Positions 48,177 to 60,300 of a DNA stretch of 64,000 nucleotides are shown piece by piece. This stretch comes from Macrostomum lignano (taxonomy: Eukaryota). Both the position numbers and the translations under genes were made by a program. Numbering within the stretch: the stretch's first letter is position 1; every line of letters begins with the position of its first letter. The notes beneath the pieces are model-generated. The model saw only the letters and a program-made list of their open reading frames with translations, was not told the origin of the DNA and made no database searches. The stretch lies in contig NIVC01000462.1 of NCBI GenBank assembly GCA_002269645.1, positions 57,143 to 121,142 of the forward strand, in the 5' to 3' direction.

Positions 48177-49085
48177 CAGAAAGGAGTTTCCATGATAAGA
48201 GCAAAGAAACTGAGCTCAGTGGGTACTCTTTGGATAAGTGCCGAAGCCGGTCTTGTACTCGGCCCAGAGCCGGTCGAAGCCCAGCACGTCCGACACCCGC
48301 AGGTTGACGGTCTCGAAGCACTGCTGAGTGCCCACAGTGTGGAACTCCTGAGTTTGCGGTTTCGTGAAATCTTTAAAGTATTTTTCTTGTGATAGAAATC
48401 GATGTGGACTGTCAGAGATATTAGCTGTTGATCCAGAAAGCAATCAAAATACTTTTACAGCCTTGTTTAAATTAAACTCATGCAACAAAAGCAGCAACTG
48501 CTAGCAATTACTTTCACATAACTATTGGCATAATATTGTTACGTGACATTGCCGGCCCCACAGCGCTGAGGCAGTTATGACTATTTCGCTGACTCCTGAG
48601 CTGAGCTCATACCTTCATGCAGGCTTGAAGATGCAGTACGCAGGAGCGCACTCGTTCGTCTGATCGTCAAGCATGCGCACTGTATGAGCCTTGGGGATTT
48701 TCCCGCATGGTGGGAATCAGAGAAACTAGACCCCTCAGCTAATTTCTGAGAACAAGGCCCAATTAATGCGGCCGCGCACACAGAATCGAACCAAGGCCCA
48801 AGGCCGGTCGTGGCGCGCGAGCCGCTGAGCTGCTCAGAGAAACTGCTACTCGCTGGCACAGAAACTGGATCCGGAGAATCCGAAACTCGCGCGATCGTCT
48901 TCAATGCAGACACGATTTACTCAGCAGACCGTGATATCGAAAAGCACTTTTCCAACACTCACATAGACGGTCAGCTCAGAGCTGTTCGGAGGCTGCTCGA
49001 ACCAGCGGCACAGCGGGTAGTCGGTGAGCAGAGAGCAGTTGCTGGAGTTGAACACAATCCCACGACAGGCCGGTACCTCGCTGCT
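48177..49085 (-). pseudogene. Decayed paralog of the PAN-PAN-FReD gene (partial exon 3 and exon 4)
   Basis: 48963-49085 is near-identical to 61743-61865 (EVPACRGIVFNSSNCSLLTDYPLCRWFEQPPNSSEL). 48177-48347 matches 61527-61659 but carries a 39-bp insertion with a stop. The 5' end is cut by a 23-bp repeat and the terminal exon is absent. Downstream flank 47390-47480 matches 60340-60430. Confidence 0.85.
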
Positions 49086-49092
49086 TTCTCTA

Positions 49093-49572
49093 CTAGCACT
49101 GATCTAGGGACTCTACCAGCACTGATCTAGGGACTCTACCAGCACTGATCTAGGGACTCTACCAGCACTGATCTAGGGACTCTACCAGCACTGATCTAGG
49201 GACTCTACCAGCACTGATCTAGGGACTTTACCAGCACTGATCTGGGGACTCTACCAGCACTGATCTGGGGACTCTACTAGCACTGATCTGGGGACTCTAC
49301 TAGCACTGATCTGGGGACTCTACTAGCACTGATCTGGGGACTCTACTAGCACTGATCTAGGGACTCTACTAGCACTGATATAGGAACTCTACTAGCACTG
49401 ATATAGGAACTCTACCAGCACTGATCTAGGGACTTTACCAGCACTGATCTAGGGACTCTACTAGCACTGATCTATGAACTCTACTAGCACTGATCTAGGG
49501 ACTCTACTAGCACTGATCTAGGGACTCTACTAGCACTGATCTAGGGACTCTACTAGCACTGATTTAGGGACT
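49093..49572. repeat. 23-bp minisatellite, ~21 copies, at the breakpoint of the pseudogene exon
   Basis: Unit AGCACTGATCTAGGGACTCTACC/T. Confidence 0.95.
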
Positions 49573-49820
49573 TGTAGTTTACGACCTTCTTTGCCTTCAC
49601 GCTATTCTCTGACTAGGCGCTTTAGCCCTCTGTCCAACGTGCACTAGCACTGGCCCCGTCAACGTAACACGTCTGTATCCGCACGTCGGCAGTGAGTCTA
49701 TATATATAGCTCAAATATGCAGTCCACGAGACCAGGTTTTTCGCCACACACAAGCGCACTACAATTGCATCGCAAGCAAGCCTCCCACACCACCCCCATT
49801 GAACTTGCGCGAGGAGCCCC

Positions 49821-50399
49821 ATGCGGCACATACAAAGTGGAGCAAGTGTTGGCTCAGTTCCGCAGCTGTTCGCCGCGGCCGCTGACATCTCTGACAAGAG
49901 GCGACTTCGCCAACTCCTATACACAGCGAGCGAGGACCTACAGGCCATTGCAGCCGGTATCGCCGAAGCCGGTGATGACGTCGACAAGCTCATCAAGGCT
50001 CTCAATGAGCACTTCATCAGCCAGCTCAACTTGCCCTTCACCCGCTACCAGTTCCGTCTGTGCATCCAGCAAACCGGAGAGTCCCTGGACGACTGGATGC
50101 GGCGGCTCAGCGACACCGCGGACTGCTGCAAATTCGAAGGCCTCCGGGACTTGCTGATCCGCGACCAGCTGATTTCCGGCTGCAGCTCCGAGCAGCTCCG
50201 CAGGAAGCTGCTGGCCATGGACAACGTGGACCTGGGCCAGGCGGTCCGGGTGGCCAGGGCCATGGAGGCAGCTGAGGCGCAGGCCAGCCTCATGGAGACC
50301 AGCGCAGCGACCGTGCAACGGCTGTGGAAGCGCGAGTTCAGGCCATGCGCCTCAGGGACGCCAGCACCAGCTCAATCAATCAGTTGGGATCGTCTTTAA
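49821..50399 (+). mobile_element. Ty3/Gypsy gag fragment
   Basis: LIKALNEHFISQLNLPFTRYQFRLCIQQTGESLDDWMRRLSDTADCCKFEGLRDLLIRDQLISGCSSEQLRRKLLAMDNVDLGQAVRVARAMEAA is a typical invertebrate Gypsy gag capsid signature (Q..GES..., C.F....RDQ.I.G...RRKLL). Confidence 0.85.
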
Positions 50400-50559
50400 T
50401 ATGATTGAACAATGTTACATTCTCCAGCGAGCAAACATGCATGTATAGTGACTGATAAAGCAGACCTCAATGACTACCCAAGTATATTCAAGGATAACAA
50501 GTTGGCAATAAAATCTCTATAACTGCGCGGCAATGGCCTCCTGTTCTCCGGTTGCTCAG

Positions 50560-50722
50560 GCTTCTTCTCAAACTCGCGCGTCGACATCGCGCGTCGACAT
50601 GTGTGATGCTTCTTCCGCGGACGTATGCGATATCGTAGTCGAAAGCGGCCAGTTGGATCGCCCACCGCGTGATTCTCGCCGACGGGACATTCTTGATCTC
50701 CTTGGCTAGGCTGGAGGACAAA
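50560..50722 (-). mobile_element. Gypsy pol fragment (C-terminus of RNase H)
   Basis: KEIKNVPSARITRWAIQLAAFDYDIAYVRGRSITHVDA matches the RI.RW.L.L..FDY.I.Y..G..N..AD motif; a 13-bp tandem duplication (50575-50600) disrupts the end. Confidence 0.8.
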
Positions 50723-53700
50723 GATGAACAGTGGAGCACAGAGATGAGTTCAGTGGAGCACAGATAAACAGTGGAGCACAGAGATGAGTACAGTGGAGCA
50801 CAGAGATGAGTTCAGTGGAGCACAGATAAACAGTGGAGCACAGAGATGAGTACAGTGGAGCACAGAGATGATTACAGTGGAGCACAGAGATGAGTTCAGT
50901 GGAGCACAGAGATGATTACAGTGGAGCACAAAGATGAGTTCAGTGGAGCACAGAGATTATTACAGTGGAGCACAGAGATGATTACAGTGGAGCACAGAGA
51001 TGATTACAGTGGAGCACAGAGATGAGTGCAGTGGAGCACAGATAACAGTGGAGTACAGAGAGATTAGTACAGTGGAGCACTGAGATGATTACAGTGGAGC
51101 ACAAAGATGAGTTCAGTGGAGCACAGAGATTATTACAGTGGAGCACAGAGATGATTACAGTGGAGCACAGAGATGATTACAGTGGAGCACAGAGATGAGT
51201 GCAGTGGAGCACAGAGATGAGTGCAGTGGAGCACAGATAAACAGTGGAGTACAGAGAGATTAGTACAGTGGAGCACTGAGATAAACAGTGGAACACAGAG
51301 ATGAGTACAGTGGAGCACAGAGATGATTACAGTGGAGCACAGAGATGATTGCAGTGGAGCACATAGATGATTACAGTGGAGCACTGAGATAAACAGTGGA
51401 GCACAGAGATGAGTGCAGTGGAGCACTGAGATGATTACAGTGGAGCACTGAGATAAACAGTGGAGCACAGAGATGAGTGCAGTGGAGCACTGAGATGAGT
51501 ACAGTGGAACACAGAGATAAGTACAGTGGAACACAGAGATAAGCACAGGGACGATTACAGTGGAGCACAGAGATGATTGCAGTGGAGCACAGAGATGAGT
51601 TCAGTGGAGCACAGAGATGAGTTCAGTGGAGCACAGAGATGAGTTCAGTGGAGCACAGAGATGAGTGCAGTGGAGCACAGATAAACAGTGGAGTACAGAG
51701 AGATTAGTACAGTGGAGCACAGAGATGATTACAGTGGAGCACAGAGATGATTGCAGTGGAGCACAGAGATGAGTTCAGTGGAGCACAGAGATAAGTACAG
51801 TGGAACACAGAGATAAGTACAGTGGAACACAGAGATAAGTACAGTGGAACACAGAGATAAGTACAGTGGAACACAGAGATGAGTTCAGTGGAGCACAAAT
51901 ATGAGTTCAGTGGAGCACAGATAAACAGTGGAGCACAGAGATAAACAGTGGAGCACAGAGATAAACAGTGGAGCAGAGATGATTACAGTGGAGCACTGAG
52001 ATAAACAGTGGAGCACAGAGATGAGTGCAGTGGAGCACTGAGATGAGTACAGTGGAACACAGAGATAAGTACAGTGGAACACAGAGATAAGTACAGTGGA
52101 ACACAGAGATGAGTACAGTGGAGCACAGAGATGAGTACAGTGGAGCACAGAGATAAACAGTGGAGCACAGAGATGAGTGCAGTGGAGCAGAGATGATTAC
52201 AGTGGAGCACAGAGATGAGTGCAGTGGAACACAGAGATAAGTACAGTGGAACACAGAGATGAGTACAGTGGAACACAGAGATAAGTACAGTGGAACACAG
52301 AGATAAGTACAGTGGAACACAGAGATAAGTACAGTGGAACACAGAGATGAGTTCAGTGGAGCACAAATATGAGTTCAGTGGAGCACAGATAAACAGTGGA
52401 GCACAGAGATAAACAGTGGAGCAGAGATGATTACAGTGGAGCACAGAGATGAGTGCAGTGGAGCACAGATAAACAGTGGAGTACAGAGAGATTAGTACAG
52501 TGGAGCACAGAGATGATTACAGTGGAGCACAGAGATGATTGCAGTGGAGCACAGAGATGAGTTCAGTGGAGCACAGAGATGAGTTCAGTGGAGCACAGAG
52601 ATGAGTTCAGTGGAGCACAGAGATGAGTGCAGTGGAGCACAGATAAACAGTGGAGTACAGAGAGATTAGTACAGTGGAGCACAGAGATGATTACAGTGGA
52701 GCACAGAGATGATTGCAGTGGAGCACAGAGATGAGTTCAGTGGAGCACAGAGATAAGTACAGTGGAACACAGAGATAAGTACAGTGGAACACAGAGATAA
52801 GTACAGTGGAACACAGAGATAAGTACAGTGGAACACAGAGATGAGTTCAGTGGAGCACAAATATGAGTTCAGTGGAGCACAGATAAACAGTGGAGCACAG
52901 AGATAAACAGTGGAGCAGAGATGATTACAGTGGAGCACAGAGATGAGTGCAGTGGAGCACAGATAAACAGTGGAGTACAGAGAGATTAGTACAGTGGAGC
53001 ACAGAGATGAGTACAGTGGAACACAGAGATAAGTACAGTGGAACACAGAGATAAGTACAGTGGAACACAGAGATAAGTACAGTGGAACACAGAGATGATT
53101 ACAGTGGAGCACAGAGATGAGTGCAGTGGAACACAGAGATAAGTACAGTGGAACACAGAGATAAGTACAGTGGAACACAGAGATGATTACAGTGGAGCAC
53201 AGAGATGAGTGCAGTGGAGCACAGATAACAGTGGAGTACAGAGAGATTAGTACAGTGGAGCACTGAGATGATTACAGTGGAGCACAAAGATGAGTTCAGT
53301 GGAGCACAGAGATTATTACAGTGGAGCACAGAGATGATTACAGTGGAGCACAGAGATGATTACAGTGGAGCACAGAGATGAGTGCAGTGGAGCACAGAGA
53401 TGAGTGCAGTGGAGCACAGATAAACAGTGGAGTACAGAGAGATTAGTACAGTGGAGCACTGAGATAAACAGTGGAACACAGAGATGAGTACAGTGGAGCA
53501 CAGAGATGATTACAGTGGAGCACAGAGATGATTGCAGTGGAGCACATAGATGATTACAGTGGAGCACTGAGATAAACAGTGGAGCACAGAGATGAGTGCA
53601 GTGGAGCACTGAGATGATTACAGTGGAGCACTGAGATAAACAGTGGAGCACAGAGATGAGTGCAGTGGAGCACTGAGATGAGTACAGTGGAACACAGAGA

Positions 53701-56374
53701 TAAGTACAGTGGAACACAGAGATAAGCACAGGGACGATTACAGTGGAGCACAGAGATGATTGCAGTGGAGCACAGAGATGAGTTCAGTGGAGCACAGAGA
53801 TGAGTTCAGTGGAGCACAGAGATGAGTTCAGTGGAGCACAGAGATGAGTGCAGTGGAGCACAGATAAACAGTGGAGTACAGAGAGATTAGTACAGTGGAG
53901 CACAGAGATGATTACAGTGGAGCACAGAGATGATTGCAGTGGAGCACAGAGATGAGTTCAGTGGAGCACAGAGATAAGTACAGTGGAACACAGAGATAAG
54001 TACAGTGGAACACAGAGATAAGTACAGTGGAACACAGAGATAAGTACAGTGGAACACAGAGATGAGTTCAGTGGAGCACAAATATGAGTTCAGTGGAGCA
54101 CAGATAAACAGTGGAGCACAGAGATAAACAGTGGAGCACAGAGATAAACAGTGGAGCAGAGATGATTACAGTGGAGCACTGAGATAAACAGTGGAGCACA
54201 GAGATGAGTGCAGTGGAGCACTGAGATGAGTACAGTGGAACACAGAGATAAGTACAGTGGAACACAGAGATAAGTACAGTGGAACACAGAGATGAGTACA
54301 GTGGAGCACAGAGATGAGTACAGTGGAGCACAGAGATAAACAGTGGAGCACAGAGATGAGTGCAGTGGAGCAGAGATGATTACAGTGGAGCACAGAGATG
54401 AGTGCAGTGGAACACAGAGATAAGTACAGTGGAACACAGAGATGAGTACAGTGGAACACAGAGATAAGTACAGTGGAACACAGAGATAAGTACAGTGGAA
54501 CACAGAGATAAGTACAGTGGAACACAGAGATGAGTTCAGTGGAGCACAAATATGAGTTCAGTGGAGCACAGATAAACAGTGGAGCACAGAGATAAACAGT
54601 GGAGCAGAGATGATTACAGTGGAGCACAGAGATGAGTGCAGTGGAGCACAGATAAACAGTGGAGTACAGAGAGATTAGTACAGTGGAGCACAGAGATGAT
54701 TACAGTGGAGCACAGAGATGATTGCAGTGGAGCACAGAGATGAGTTCAGTGGAGCACAGAGATGAGTTCAGTGGAGCACAGAGATGAGTTCAGTGGAGCA
54801 CAGAGATGAGTGCAGTGGAGCACAGATAAACAGTGGAGTACAGAGAGATTAGTACAGTGGAGCACAGAGATGATTACAGTGGAGCACAGAGATGATTGCA
54901 GTGGAGCACAGAGATGAGTTCAGTGGAGCACAGAGATAAGTACAGTGGAACACAGAGATAAGTACAGTGGAACACAGAGATAAGTACAGTGGAACACAGA
55001 GATAAGTACAGTGGAACACAGAGATGAGTTCAGTGGAGCACAAATATGAGTTCAGTGGAGCACAGATAAACAGTGGAGCACAGAGATAAACAGTGGAGCA
55101 GAGATGATTACAGTGGAGCACAGAGATGAGTGCAGTGGAGCACAGATAAACAGTGGAGTACAGAGAGATTAGTACAGTGGAGCACAGAGATGAGTACAGT
55201 GGAACACAGAGATAAGTACAGTGGAACACAGAGATAAGTACAGTGGAACACAGAGATAAGTACAGTGGAACACAGAGATGATTACAGTGGAGCACAGAGA
55301 TGAGTGCAGTGGAACACAGAGATAAGTACAGTGGAACACAGAGATAAGTACAGTGGAACACAGAGATAAGTACAGTGGAACACAGAGATGAGTTCAGTGG
55401 AGCACAAATATGAGTTCAGTGGAGCACAGATAAACAGTGGAGCACAGAGATAAACAGTGGAGCACAGAGATAAACAGTGGAGCAGAGATGATTACAGTGG
55501 AGCACAGAGATGAGTGCAGTGGAGCACAGATAAACAGTGGAGTACAGAGAGATGATTGCAGTGGAGCACAGAGTGTAGAAAAAATACTAAACTAAAGACT
55601 AGAGAGTTACTTGGAGTTAAATTGAACCTAAGATAAGCCAGTAAGTGGGCGCAGGGCCCAAACAAGTATATTTATACCAGACATTAACTTAGGGGGTTTG
55701 AATTGCAGATAATAAAGCGAGGGGTGGAGTGCGCGACTAAATAGAGAGGCGAGAATGGAGAACCAATCAGAAGGCAGCAAGGGAGAGAGAGAGAGAGAGA
55801 ATAACAAGATTGAGCTAGACAGAGAGAGAGAGAGAGAAAACAGAGTAAACAGAGACAAGTGAAGGTGAACTAAGAAATGACTAGGAAAGTCGCAACACTC
55901 CCCCCAAAAAATGGAACATTTTTTAATAAGTGACTACCATTACCAATTGAAATAAATGAGTTAGAATTAAGTCGAATTAAATTGAAAAACACATTCACAA
56001 TAAATGGTGTATAAAACGACTAAGAATTTGAATACAAAAACAGTAGAGTGAATGCAAAATATTAAGACCGAATTTTAAACTTTAGATTTTTAATGAGTAG
56101 TTTTTTAACCAATGAGAAGACTGAAAGGACTGAATAGAGATGAGACTGGATAGACTAGCCCTCCCCCCAAAAAATGTGCAATTTTTAACTGATGACAACT
56201 GGTACATGTACAGTACAGAAAAAATATTAAAAATATCGTCAGTTGAGTACGAGACATGAGATGAGATGAGAATCAGGTTGATGAAAAGAACGACTGGAGA
56301 CGACTGAAGACATTGACAAGAGAGGAGTGAAACTGAGTGAAGAAAATTTGACAAGAGGCCGGTGAGATTGACTG

Positions 56375-57053
56375 CCGACACAGACTCCGAAGCCGAGATC
56401 GACAGCCGAGTGAGAGAATATGCCGCCGGCCCAACTCCAAAGCAGAGACCGACAGCCCAAGTAGAGCAACGAATATGCCGCCGGCCCAACTCCGAAGCAG
56501 AGACCGACAGCCCAAGTAGAGCAACGAATATGCCGCCGGCCCAACTCCGAAGCAGAGACCGACAGCCCAAGTAGAGCTGCGAATATGCCGCCGGCCCAAC
56601 TCCGAAGCAGAGACCGACAGCCCAAGTAGAGCTGCGAATATGCCGCCGGCCCAACTCCGAAGCAGAGACCGACAGCCCAAGTAGAGCTGCGAATATGCCG
56701 CCGGCCCAACTCCGAAGCAGAGACCGACAGCCCAAGTAGAGCAACGAATATGCCGCCGGCCCAACTCCGAAGCAGAGACCGACAGCCCAAGTAGAGCAAC
56801 GAATATGCCGCCGGCCCAACTCCGAAGCAGAGACCGACAGCCCAAGTAGAGCTGCGAATATGCCGCCGGCCCAACTCCGAAGCAGAGACCGACAGCCCAA
56901 GTAGAGCTGCGAATATGCCGCCGGCCCAACTCCGAAGCAGAGACCGACAGCCCAAGTAGAGCTGCGAATATGCCGCCGGGCCCAACTCCGAAGCAGAGAC
57001 CGACAGCCCAAGTAGAGCTGCGAATATGCCGCCGGGCCCAACTCCGAAGCAGA
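56375..57053. repeat. 55-bp tandem repeat (~12 copies) inside the LTR element internal region
   Basis: Unit CCAACTCCGAAGCAGAGACCGACAGCCCAAGTAGAGCTGCGAATATGCCGCCGGC. Confidence 0.95.
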
Positions 57054-57292
57054 GATGCGAGAGATATTAAGCGAAGAGTTGAGAACGTGTTCACGAAGCG
57101 ACGAAAAGCGAAGAGAGGCCGACAGATCAGGCGATTGAGAATCTAGCAGACAAAGCGATGAGGCCGACAGACGAAGCGATGAGCGACGATGACGAGACGA
57201 CGAGACAATGACGAGACGATGCGTGACAAACCAAGTCAGCCAGCCAAGCTGGCACTTAATTAAACTAACTACATCTTCTTAGGTTCTATTTT

Positions 57293-57305
57293 TGTTCGGG
57301 CGCCA
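57293..57305 (-). promoter_or_regulatory. Primer-binding site complementary to the tRNA-Lys 3' end
   Basis: TGGCGCCCGAACA directly abuts the LTR end (..CTACA). It equals the first 13 nt of the established tRNA-Lys(UUU) PBS TGGCGCCCGAACAGGGAC. Confidence 0.85.
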
Positions 57306-60300
57306 TGTAGAAAAAATACTAAACTAAAGACTAGAGAGTTACTTGGAGTTAAATTGAACCTAAGATAAGCCAGTAAGTGGGCGCAGGGCCCAAACAAGTA
57401 TATTTATACCAGACATTAACTTAGGGGGTTTGAATTGCAGATAATAAAGCGAGGGGTGGAGTGCGCGACTAAATAGAGAGGCGAGAATGGAGAACCAATC
57501 AGAAGGCAGCAAGGGAGAGAGAGAGAGAGAATAACAAGATTGAGCTAGACAGAGAGAGAGAGAGAGAAAACAGAGTAAACAGAGACAAGTGAAGGTGAAC
57601 TAAGAAATGACTAGGAAAGTCGCGACACTCCCCCCCAAAAAATGGAACACATTGGGCGCCATGTAGAAAAAATACTAAACTAAAGACTAGAGAGTTACTT
57701 GGAGTTAAATTGAACCTAAGATAAGCCAGTAAGTGGGCGCAGGGCCCAAACAAGTATATTTATACCAGACATTAACTTAGGGGGTTTGAATTGCAGATAA
57801 TAAAGCGAGGGGTGGAGTGCGCGACTAAATAGAGAGGCGAGAATGGAGAACCAATCAGAAGGCAGCAAGGGAGAGAGAGAGAGAGAATAACAAGATTGAG
57901 CTAGACAGAGAGAGAGAGAGAGAAAACAGAGTAAACAGAGACAAGTGAAGGTGAACTAAGAAATGACTAGGAAAGTCGCAACACAGAGATGAGTTCAGTG
58001 GAGCACAGAGATGAGTTCAGTGGAGCACAGAGATGAGTTCAGTGGAGCACAGAGATGAGTGCAGTGGAGCACAGATAAACAGTGGAGTACAGAGAGATTA
58101 GTACAGTGGAGCACAGAGATGATTACAGTGGAGCACAGAGATGAGTTCAGTGGAGCACAGAGATAAGTACAGTGGAACACAGAGATAAGTACAGTGGAAC
58201 ACAGAGATAAGTACAGTGGAACACAGAGATAAGTACAGTGGAACACAGAGATGAGTTCAGTGGAGCACAAATATGAGTTCAGTGGAGCACAGATAAACAG
58301 TGGAGCACAGAGATAAACAGTGGAGCACAGAGATAAACAGTGGAGCAGAGATGATTACAGTGGAGCACAGAGATGAGTGCAGTGGAGCACAGATAAACAG
58401 TGGAGTACAGAGAGATTAGTACAGTGGAGCACAGAGATGATTGCAGTGGAGCACAGAGATGAGTTCAGTGGAGCACAGAGATGAGTTCAGTGGAGCACAG
58501 AGATGAGTTCAGTGGAGCACAGAGATGAGTGCAGTGGAGCACAGATAAACAGTGGAGTACAGAGAGATTAGTACAGTGGAGCACAGAGATGATTACAGTG
58601 GAGCACAGAGATGATTGCAGTGGAGCACAGAGATGAGTTCAGTGGAGCACAGAGATGAGTTCAGTGGAGCACAGAGATGAGTTCAGTGGAGCACAGAGAT
58701 GAGTGCAGTGGAGCACAGATAAACAGTGGAGTACAGAGAGATTAGTACAGTGGAGCACAGAGATGATTACAGTGGAGCACAGAGATGATTGCAGTGGAGC
58801 ACAGAGATGAGTTCAGTGGAGCACAGAGATAAGTACAGTGGAACACAGAGATAAGTACAGTGGAACACAGAGATAAGTACAGTGGAACACAGAGATAAGT
58901 ACAGTGGAACACAGAGATGAGTTCAGTGGAGCACAAATATGAGTTCAGTGGAGCACAGATAAACAGTGGAGCACAGAGATAAACAGTGGAGCACAGAGAT
59001 AAACAGTGGAGCAGAGATGATTACAGTGGAGCACAGAGATGAGTGCAGTGGAGCACAGATAAACAGTGGAGTACAGAGAGATTAGTACAGTGGAGCACAG
59101 AGATGATTGCAGTGGAGCACAGAGATGAGTTCAGTGGAGCACAGAGATGAGTTCAGTGGAGCACAGAGATGAGTTCAGTGGAGCACAGAGATGAGTGCAG
59201 TGGAGCACAGATAAACAGTGGAGTACAGAGAGATTAGTACAGTGGAGCACTGAGATAAACAGTGGAGCACAGAGATGAGTCCCCCACAGTGGAGCACAGA
59301 GATGAGTACAGTGGAGCACAGAGATGAGCAGTGCAGCGAGATTAAGATGATTGAGAAGTGTAAGAACTTTTACCATGTGACATCGGATATGAAATATAAG
59401 TTTTTCTGTTTAATAGGACATACTATGTTTCTTTATTTTGGCACCCAAGACTTATCTATTAGGCAAAAGTTACTTCAAAGATTAAAAAACATATCTGATT
59501 TTGATGCGGCCTCGCTAAAGACATCCTCTCTGCTGATAAATTAGCTCTATGTTTGATTAGTGCTAACTAACTTAGTGCATCATAAGTATCATTAGCTTAG
59601 TTGGCATTAGTTAGTTGATGATCAATATTTGGATAAGAGTTTCCAACTCTGATGAATTCAGCTGCTTGATCGAGGTTAGATGAGCGAGTGGAATTTCTTT
59701 ACGTCTTATTTAAATGTTCCTGCAACCCCGATAGGAGTATTGCTTATGATATTATTGATAATAAATGTGATATACCCTGGTCAGGCTCGTTTGAAGAGCA
59801 AAACTGCCTCTTGAGCCTTAGCGTTCGACGTCAGAGCCACAGGCTCAGCAAATTCTGCAAATTAGAAATTGCATTTTATCGCTGGCAACATTCAGATTCG
59901 CATTAGTTTTGGATATTCCGCCAGTTTTATCCTTTGCAAACAAGTTTCTGGCCTTGAGGGCTCTTAACGAATCTAAATAGCTTCCAGAAGGCTCGCGCCA
60001 CCCAACAGTGGATGCATGAGGTGTGAAATCAAACAGGATTAATGGACTTGCATTATCTTCTGTTTGCAAAAAAAATTTCTCATTTTCCTGAGTATGCACG
60101 GATACGAACTCAGGCAAGCACTTAAAAGGGGTACCTTCTCATCGTGAAGCATGAAATCCCCAACTTCATGTGGGCTGCGCGGGGACTCGAACCCCAGATA
60201 TAAATGCAGGCTGCTAAGCTCGTCTTCCAAGCAAGCAGAGTGCCAGAGGAACTACTGAGTCCAGGATTTTTCTCGTGATGATAGATCACGAGCTGTCTGC

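Larger units (their letters stand above)
55574..57983 (-). mobile_element. Tandem three-LTR non-autonomous LTR retroelement (TRIM/LARD-like)
   Basis: Three near-identical TG..CA LTRs: 55574-55897 (324 bp), 57306-57627 and 57662-57983 (322 bp each). 5-bp TSD CAGAG (55569-55573, 57984-57988). PBS TGGCGCCCGAACA on minus (57293-57305). PPT (T)6GGGGGGAG on minus at 55898-55911 and 57628-57642. Internal regions 1408 bp and 34 bp, with no gag/pol. Confidence 0.92.
50722..59333. repeat. Large 20-21-bp satellite array interrupted by the LTR element at 55574-57983
   Basis: Unit ACAGTGGAGCACAGAGATGAGT with variants (GATTAC, GATAAAC, GGAACAC..GATAAGT); ~6.2 kb of array; 2183-bp higher-order duplication. 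Confidence 0.97.

Noticed and set aside
48581-48913. 110-aa ORF inside the expanded pseudogene intron
   Set aside because: Non-ATG start, Ser/Ala-rich and motif-free; lies in extra sequence absent from the 83-nt intron of the intact paralog.
51133-59544. Cys/His-rich ORFs (LHCTHLCAPL..) resembling metallothionein or zinc-binding proteins, and 248-319 aa ORFs at 56082-57094
   Set aside because: Derived from the 20-21-bp satellite and the 55-bp repeat; open in several frames with no unique sequence or gag/pol motifs.
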